A DNA stretch of 64,000 nucleotides. Source: an uncultured Actinomycetes bacterium (GTDB taxonomy: Bacteria > Actinomycetota > Thermoleophilia > Gaiellales > Gaiellaceae). Location of the stretch: positions 12,505 through 76,504 of the forward strand of contig CAVPDV010000002.1 of NCBI GenBank assembly GCA_963702785.1, read 5' to 3'. Under the pieces are notes generated by a model. That model was not told the DNA's origin, ran no database searches, and worked only from the letters and a program-made list of their open reading frames with translations. Position numbers and translations under genes: made by a program. Of this stretch, positions 58,763-64,000 are shown one piece after another (the first letter of the stretch is position 1; the number at the start of each line of letters is the position of its first letter).

Positions 58763-59908
58763 GTGGGAAAGCGGTACCTGTTCACGCCGGGGCCGACGCC
58801 CGTGCCGCCGGAGGTTCTCGCCGCCGTCGGCGCCCCCGTCGTACACCACAGGAGCCCCGACTTCCTGCCGGTCTACGAGCGCGTGCTCGCCCGCCTGCGG
58901 GAGGTCTGCCGCACGGAGAGCGACGTCCTGCTGTTCGGCTCCTCGGGCACCGGCGCCTTCGAGTCCGCCGTCGCGAACCTCGTCTCGCCGGGCGAGCCAC
59001 ACCTCGTCGTCTCGGCCGGGAACTTCGGCGAGCGCTGGGTCGCGATGCTCTCCGCCTACCGGGCGGACCTCGACGTCCTCCGCTACGCCTGGGGGGAGAC
59101 GCCGGACGCCGGCGACCTGCGGGCGCGCCTGCGGCAGGGCGACGTGAAGGCGGTCTGGCTCGTCCAGTCCGAGACGTCCACCGGCGTCGTCGCCGACGTG
59201 CAGGCGCTCGCGGCGGCGGCACGGGAGGCCGGCGCGCTCGTCGTCGTGGACGCCGTCTCGAGCCTCGGCGCCGTGCCCTGCGAGACCGACGCGTGGGGCC
59301 TGGACGTCGTCGTCGCCGGCTCGCAGAAGGCGCTCATGTGCCCGCCCGGGCTTTCGCTCACGGCCGTCTCCGAGGCCGCGCTCGCCGCGCCCGGCTCGGC
59401 ACCGCGGTTCTACTTCGACTGGGAGCGGACGCGGAAGGCCCAGCGGAAGCTCGACGCGCCGTTCACGCTGCCCGTCTCGCTCGTGGCGGGCCTCGACGTC
59501 GCGCTCGGGCTCCTGCTCGAGGAGGGCCTCGAGGGCGCGTTCGAGCGGCATGTCCGTCTCGGCCGAGCCGCGCGGGCGGGAATGAAGGCGCTCGGGCTGG
59601 AGCTGTTCTCGCCCGACGAGGATCGCAGCGCGGTGGTGACCGCCGTCCGCGCCCCCGCGGGGGTGGACGCCGGCGACGTCGTCAAGGGCGTGCGCGACCG
59701 CTTCGGGATCACGATCGCGAACGGGCAGGGCGAGCTGAAGGGCAAGATCTTCCGGCTCGGCCACATCGGCTGGTTCGACGTCTTCGACATCACGACGCAG
59801 GTCGCGGCCGTCGAGCTCTTGCTCGCCGAGCTTGGGGCCGACGTCGAGCGTGGTGTCGCCGTGACCTCGGCTCTCGAGGCATTCACCTCAGAGCCTTCCC
59901 GGACGTGA
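58763..59908 (+). CDS. class V PLP aminotransferase (serine-glyoxylate / phosphoserine aminotransferase-like)
   Basis: YLFTPGPTPVPPEV and GSQKALMCPPGLS (PLP lysine) are present. A GTGA overlap with serA suggests a role in the serine pathway. Confidence 0.8.
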   Translation: MGKRYLFTPGPTPVPPEVLAAVGAPVVHHRSPDFLPVYERVLARLREVCRTESDVLLFGSSGTGAFESAVANLVSPGEPHLVVSAGNFGERWVAMLSAYRADLDVLRYAWGETPDAGDLRARLRQGDVKAVWLVQSETSTGVVADVQALAAAAREAGALVVVDAVSSLGAVPCETDAWGLDVVVAGSQKALMCPPGLSLTAVSEAALAAPGSAPRFYFDWERTRKAQRKLDAPFTLPVSLVAGLDVALGLLLEEGLEGAFERHVRLGRAARAGMKALGLELFSPDEDRSAVVTAVRAPAGVDAGDVVKGVRDRFGITIANGQGELKGKIFRLGHIGWFDVFDITTQVAAVELLLAELGADVERGVAVTSALEAFTSEPSRT

Positions 59909-61491
59909 CCGCCCGCGTCCTCGTGCGCGAGGCGATCGCGGACGCCGGCGTCGACCTCCTCCGCTCGCGCTTCGACGTCGACGTCGATCCGCAGAGCCCG
60001 CTCGAGGAGATCATCCCCCGCTACGACGCGATCGTCGTCCGCTCGGCGACCAAGCTGACGGCCGACCTGATCGAGCGCGCCACGCGGCTCCGCGTGATCG
60101 GCCGCGCGGGCGTGGGGGTCGACAACGTCGACGTCGAGGCGGCGACGCGACGCGGGATCATCGTGGCGAACGCGCCGGAGTCGACGGTCGTCTCGGCTGC
60201 CGAGCACACCATCGGCCTCCTCGTCGCCCTCGCTCGCAACATTCCGCAGGCCCACGCGGAGCTCAAGCAGGGGCGCTGGGAGCGCGGGGCGTACGGCGGG
60301 GTCGAGCTCGCGGGGAAGACGCTCGGCGTGCTCGGCTTCGGCCGCATCGGCCAGCAGGTCGCCCGCCGCGCGCTGGGGCTCGGCATGCGCGTCGTGGCCC
60401 ACGACCCCTACGTCGCGGCGGAGCGGTTCCGGGAGCTCGGCGCCGAGCGCGTCGAGGCGCCGGAGGAGGTCTACGCCGTCGCGGACTTCCTCACGCTCCA
60501 CCTGCCGCTGACCGCCGAGACCCGCTCGTCGCTCGACGACGCGGCCTTCGCGGCGATGCGCGACGGGGTGCGGATCGTCAACGCCGCGCGAGGGCAGCTC
60601 GTGGACGAGGCGGCGCTGCTCGAGGCGCTGCGGTCGGGCAAGGTCGCCGGCGCGGCTCTCGACGTCTTCTCGACGGAGCCGTACGCGGGGCCGTTGCTGG
60701 AGCTCGACAACGTCGTCGTCACGCCGCACCTCGCGGCGTCGACCGGCGAGGCGCAGGATCGCGCGGGCATCATCGTCGCGGAGCAGGTGGCGGCGGCTCT
60801 CGAGGGCGGGCTCGTCACGAACGCCGTCAACTTCCCCGCCCTGAGCGCCGAGGTGCTCGAGGCGCTCGGACCCTACGTCCCACTCGCCTCCCGGCTCGGG
60901 CGGATCGCGATGGAGCTCGCCGACGGCCCCGTCGAGGAGATCGTGATCACCGCGTACGGCGCTCTGGCCGAGCACGACACGCGTCTGCTCACGGTCGCCG
61001 CCCTCGACGGCGCCTTCCAGGGCCGGGCCGACCGCCCGGTCAATTACGTCAACGCGCCGCTGATCGCCGCGGAGCGCGGGATCGAGGTGCGCGAGGAGCG
61101 GTCGCGCTCGGCCCGCGACTACACGAATCTCCTGCGGGTGGAGTTGCGTGGCGGCGGCAAGCGGATCCACGTCGCCGGCACGACGATCGGGAGCGACTAC
61201 CGGCCGTGGCTCGTCAACGTCCTCGACTTCGACGTCGACCTCGAGCTCGCGCCGCTCTTCGTCCTCTGCCGCTACGACGACGTGCCCGGCGTGATCGGCC
61301 GCGTCGGCACGCTCTTCGGCGGCGCGGGCGTCAACATCGCCGGCATGACCGTGTCGCGCAGCCGCCGCGGCGGCAAGGCGCTGATGGTGCTCACCGTGGA
61401 CACGCCGCCGCCGCCCGAGCTCGTCGAAAGGCTCCGCGGCGAGGGCTTCGACGACGTCCGCGTGCTCGAGCTCGGGCCGGTCGGGGAGTAG
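59905..61491 (+). CDS. serA: D-3-phosphoglycerate dehydrogenase (long form with ASB and ACT domains)
   Basis: GRAGVGVDNVDV, GVLGFGRIGQQVARRA, NAARGQLVDEAAL, VTPHLAAST and the C-terminal ACT segment VPGVIGRVGTLFGGAGVNIAGMTV are present. Confidence 0.9.
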   Translation: MTARVLVREAIADAGVDLLRSRFDVDVDPQSPLEEIIPRYDAIVVRSATKLTADLIERATRLRVIGRAGVGVDNVDVEAATRRGIIVANAPESTVVSAAEHTIGLLVALARNIPQAHAELKQGRWERGAYGGVELAGKTLGVLGFGRIGQQVARRALGLGMRVVAHDPYVAAERFRELGAERVEAPEEVYAVADFLTLHLPLTAETRSSLDDAAFAAMRDGVRIVNAARGQLVDEAALLEALRSGKVAGAALDVFSTEPYAGPLLELDNVVVTPHLAASTGEAQDRAGIIVAEQVAAALEGGLVTNAVNFPALSAEVLEALGPYVPLASRLGRIAMELADGPVEEIVITAYGALAEHDTRLLTVAALDGAFQGRADRPVNYVNAPLIAAERGIEVREERSRSARDYTNLLRVELRGGGKRIHVAGTTIGSDYRPWLVNVLDFDVDLELAPLFVLCRYDDVPGVIGRVGTLFGGAGVNIAGMTVSRSRRGGKALMVLTVDTPPPPELVERLRGEGFDDVRVLELGPVGE

Positions 61492-61495
61492 GGAG

Positions 61496-61972
61496 GTGGA
61501 GCGCTGGCCGGAGCCGGTGGACCGGGTGGCCGATGTGCTCCGGCGTTCCGGTGTCGACGCGCGGCTCGAGGAGTTCCCGCAGGGGACGCCGACGGCGGGC
61601 GCAGCGGCGGAGGCCGCCGGCTGCTCGCGCGGCGAGATCGTCAAGTCCCTCCTGTTCGTCTGCGACGGGCGGCCGACCCTCGTGCTCGTGCCGGGCGACC
61701 GCCGCGCCGACGAGACGAAGATCGCGACGGCCGCGGGAGCGAAGGGGGTGCGAGTCGCGCAGCGTGACGAGGTGGTCGCCGCGACCGGCTTCGACCCCGG
61801 CGGGGTCGCGCCGTTTCCGGCGCCGGGCGTGGCACAGGTGCTGATCGCGCAGGAGCTGCTCGCACACGAGCGCATCTGGGTCGGAGCCGGCTCGGAGCGG
61901 CACATGGCGGGGCTCGCGCCGTCCGACCTCGTGCGGCTCACGCAGGCCCGAATTGTGGACTTGTCCGGATAG
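61496..61972 (+). CDS. YbaK/EbsC-type aminoacyl-tRNA deacylase
   Basis: IVKSLLFVCDGRPTLVLVPGDRRAD...GFDPGGVAPF is present. The 158-aa frame is intact. Confidence 0.75.
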   Translation: MERWPEPVDRVADVLRRSGVDARLEEFPQGTPTAGAAAEAAGCSRGEIVKSLLFVCDGRPTLVLVPGDRRADETKIATAAGAKGVRVAQRDEVVAATGFDPGGVAPFPAPGVAQVLIAQELLAHERIWVGAGSERHMAGLAPSDLVRLTQARIVDLSG

Positions 61973-62020
61973 GCGCACGGGTACGATCTTGGGTGCCCCC
62001 GAGCCGAAGGGATCCATCTC

Positions 62021-62953
62021 ATGCGCGCGACGAAGAAGATCTGGATGAACGGTGAGCTGGTCGACTGGGAGGACGCGACGATCCACGTCGGCACTCACGG
62101 CCTCCACTACGGCACCGGCGTCTTCGAGGGGATCCGGGCGTACGACACGGAGCGCGGGGCGGCGATCTTCCGGCTGCAGGAGCATCTCGAGCGCCTCGCC
62201 AACTCGGCCGAGCTCCTGTCGATGGAGCTCCCCTACTCGAGCGACGAGCTCCGCTCGGCCTGCTGGGACCTGGTCGCCGCGAACGAGCTGCCTTCCTGCT
62301 ACCTGCGGCCGATCGTCTTCTACGGCTACGGCGAGCTCGGGGTGTCGGCAGCGGGGAACCCGCTGGAGGTCGTCGTGATGGCCTGGCCGTGGGGCTCGTA
62401 TCTCGGCGAGGATGCGCTGCACCACGGCATCCGCGCGAAGATCTCGAGCTGGCAGCGGATCGGCGCGAACGTGATCCCGCACACGGCGAAGGCGACCGGC
62501 GTCTACCTGAACTCGATGCTCGCCACGATGGAGGTCCGGCGCGGCGGCTACGAAGAGGCGATCCTGCTCACCCCGGACGGGTTCGTCGCAGACGGGCCGG
62601 GAGAGAACATCTTCTGCGTCCGCGACGGCGTGCTCGCGACGCCCGACCTCTCCGCCTCGATCCTGCCCGGGATCACGCGCGACACGATCATCCAGATCGC
62701 GCAGGACCTCGGGCATCCCGTGGCCGAGAAGCAGCTGCTCCGCTCCGATCTCTATCTCGCCGACGAGGTGTTCATGTGCGGCACCGCCGCCGAGGTCACC
62801 CCGGTGCGTGAGATCGACGACCACACGATCGGCGAGGGCGAGCCCGGGCCGGTCACGCTGGAGATCCAGAAGGCGTACCTCGACACGGCGCACGGCCGGA
62901 GCGACCGCTGGTCGCACTGGCTCGAGTACGCGCCCGCCTCGAAACCGGCGTGA
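62021..62953 (+). CDS. ilvE: branched-chain amino acid aminotransferase
   Basis: IWMNGELVDWEDATIHVGTHGLHYGTGVFEGIRAY, KATGVYLNSMLA and LPGITRDTIIQIA are present. Confidence 0.9.
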   Translation: MRATKKIWMNGELVDWEDATIHVGTHGLHYGTGVFEGIRAYDTERGAAIFRLQEHLERLANSAELLSMELPYSSDELRSACWDLVAANELPSCYLRPIVFYGYGELGVSAAGNPLEVVVMAWPWGSYLGEDALHHGIRAKISSWQRIGANVIPHTAKATGVYLNSMLATMEVRRGGYEEAILLTPDGFVADGPGENIFCVRDGVLATPDLSASILPGITRDTIIQIAQDLGHPVAEKQLLRSDLYLADEVFMCGTAAEVTPVREIDDHTIGEGEPGPVTLEIQKAYLDTAHGRSDRWSHWLEYAPASKPA

Positions 62954-62963
62954 GGCGGAGGAG

Positions 62964-64000
62964 GTGCGGCAGGTCCCGCTGTCGGGGCCGTATCTCGGCG
63001 AGCGGGAGGAGGAGCTCGTGCTCGAGGTGCTCCGCTCGGGGCGGCTCTCGCTCGGGCCGACGATCGACCGCTTCGAGGAGCTGCTCGCGGAGCAGGTGGG
63101 CGCGCCATATGCGGCGGCGGTCTCGTCCGGCACCGCCGGCCTCCACCTGCTCGCGATCGCGGCGGGGATCGGGCCTGGCGACGAGGTGATCACGTCGCCG
63201 TACTCGTTCGCCGCGAGCGCCAACTGCTTCCTCTACGAGGGCGGCGTGCCCGTCTTCGCCGACATCGACCCGCGCACGCTCAACCTCGACCCGGCCGCGG
63301 TCGAGGCCGCCGTGAGCGAGCGGACGAAGGCGATCGTCGCCGTCGACATCTATGGCTATCCGTGCGAGCTCGACGAGCTCCGCGCGACCGCCGACCGCCA
63401 CGGGCTCGCCCTGATCGGCGACTCGTGCGAAGCCCTCGGCGCGGAGTACAAAGGAGCAACGCTCGGTTCGCACGGCGTCCCCTGCGTCTTCGCCTTCTAC
63501 CCGAACAAGCAGATCACGACCGGCGAGGGCGGGATGATCACTACGCACTCGGAGGAGGAATGGCGGCGCCTCCGTTCGCTGCGCAACCAGGGCCGCGGCG
63601 ACGACGGCGGCTGGCTCGAGCACGTCCGGCTCGGCTTCAACTACCGGCTGAGCGACATCGCCGCCGCGCTCGGTATCGGCCAGCTCGAACGGCTCGGCGA
63701 GATTCTCTCCCTCCGCCGCGAGGCGGCTGCTCGCTACGGCGAGCTCCTCTCCGGGATCGACGGCGTCGAGCTGCCGTGCGCCGACGACGCCGACCATCGC
63801 CGCTCGTGGTTCGTCTACGTCGTCCTTCTGCCCGACAACGAGATGCGCGAACGCGTGATCGCGACCTTCGAACGGGAGGGGATCGGCTTCAACCGCTACC
63901 TCCCGTCGATCCATCTGCAGCCGTACATGCGCGAGCGGTTCGGTTTCGAAGAGGGGCTGTGCCCGGTCTCGGAGGACGTCAGCTCGCGCTCGCTCGCGCT
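62964..64000 (+). CDS. DegT/DnrJ/EryC1/StrS family sugar aminotransferase (3' end beyond window)
   Basis: A GGAGGAGG RBS and GTG start precede SSGTAGLHLLAIAAGIGPGDEVITSPYSFAASAN and FAFYPNKQITTGEGGMI (PLP lysine). The frame is open to the window end and is not listed in the ORF track. Confidence 0.8.
   Translation, partial: MRQVPLSGPYLGEREEELVLEVLRSGRLSLGPTIDRFEELLAEQVGAPYAAAVSSGTAGLHLLAIAAGIGPGDEVITSPYSFAASANCFLYEGGVPVFADIDPRTLNLDPAAVEAAVSERTKAIVAVDIYGYPCELDELRATADRHGLALIGDSCEALGAEYKGATLGSHGVPCVFAFYPNKQITTGEGGMITTHSEEEWRRLRSLRNQGRGDDGGWLEHVRLGFNYRLSDIAAALGIGQLERLGEILSLRREAAARYGELLSGIDGVELPCADDADHRRSWFVYVVLLPDNEMRERVIATFEREGIGFNRYLPSIHLQPYMRERFGFEEGLCPVSEDVSSRSLA

Noticed and set aside
59410-63223. 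Very long minus-strand ORFs (894 aa at 59410-62094 and 610 aa at 61391-63223)
   Set aside because: They are antisense to serA, ybaK and ilvE, all of which have strong motif support. Their composition is Arg/Pro/Ala-biased, so they are high-GC shadow ORFs. The same reasoning applies to 50073-52487 (antisense to gatCAB), 45351-47021 and 62853-63914.

Overview
This is a visibly GC-rich chromosomal window that looks like Actinomycetota. Supporting content: F420-type DDN and LLM enzymes, an Rpf-like transglycosylase, a chloramphenicol phosphotransferase, and Cys-pair YxWxRC repeat domains. A Thermoleophilia or Solirubrobacterales-like origin is only my guess. Layout: (1) 1-2977 holds fabD-fabG-fabF and a DUF45 hydrolase, all frame-disrupted. 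(2) About 2980-21900 is a mosaic accessory patch. It contains a sensor-kinase/response-regulator deletion chimera, an integrase fragment with other gene debris, a PadR-DUF1048-ABC efflux module, a chloramphenicol phosphotransferase, a methyltransferase, a VIT transporter, a C39-like peptidase, a ferric-reductase/ApbE module and a ferredoxin reductase plus ferredoxin pair. It also holds three tRNA-Gly(GCC) 3'-half-like stubs and a tandem ~1.9 kb duplication encoding secreted parallel beta-helix proteins. (3) 21900-47300 holds PBP2, a GNAT, an omega-aminotransferase/MmsA/ureohydrolase catabolic trio, a GH25 muramidase, an F420-linked cluster, tRNA-Cys, a large GGDEF-EAL sensor, and a heavily frame-disrupted polyamine uptake/catabolism operon. 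(4) 47300-64000 is housekeeping: a lone HMG-CoA reductase homolog divergent from folD, csp, gatCAB with an inserted small ORF, two MFS genes, an RHH/micro-ORF/DUF4097 operon with a clear promoter-operator, an Rpf-like protein, a class V aminotransferase, serA, ybaK, ilvE and a partial DegT gene. I saw no rRNA, no CRISPR array and no intact mobile element. Main caveat: about 25 conserved genes, including the normally essential fabG, fabF and gatB, can only be read by changing frame one or more times, and these disruptions cluster in blocks. Sequence indel error is the most likely cause, so every pseudogene label here means frame-disrupted as sequenced. Many long ORFs in the track are antisense shadow ORFs typical of high-GC DNA and are not reported as genes.
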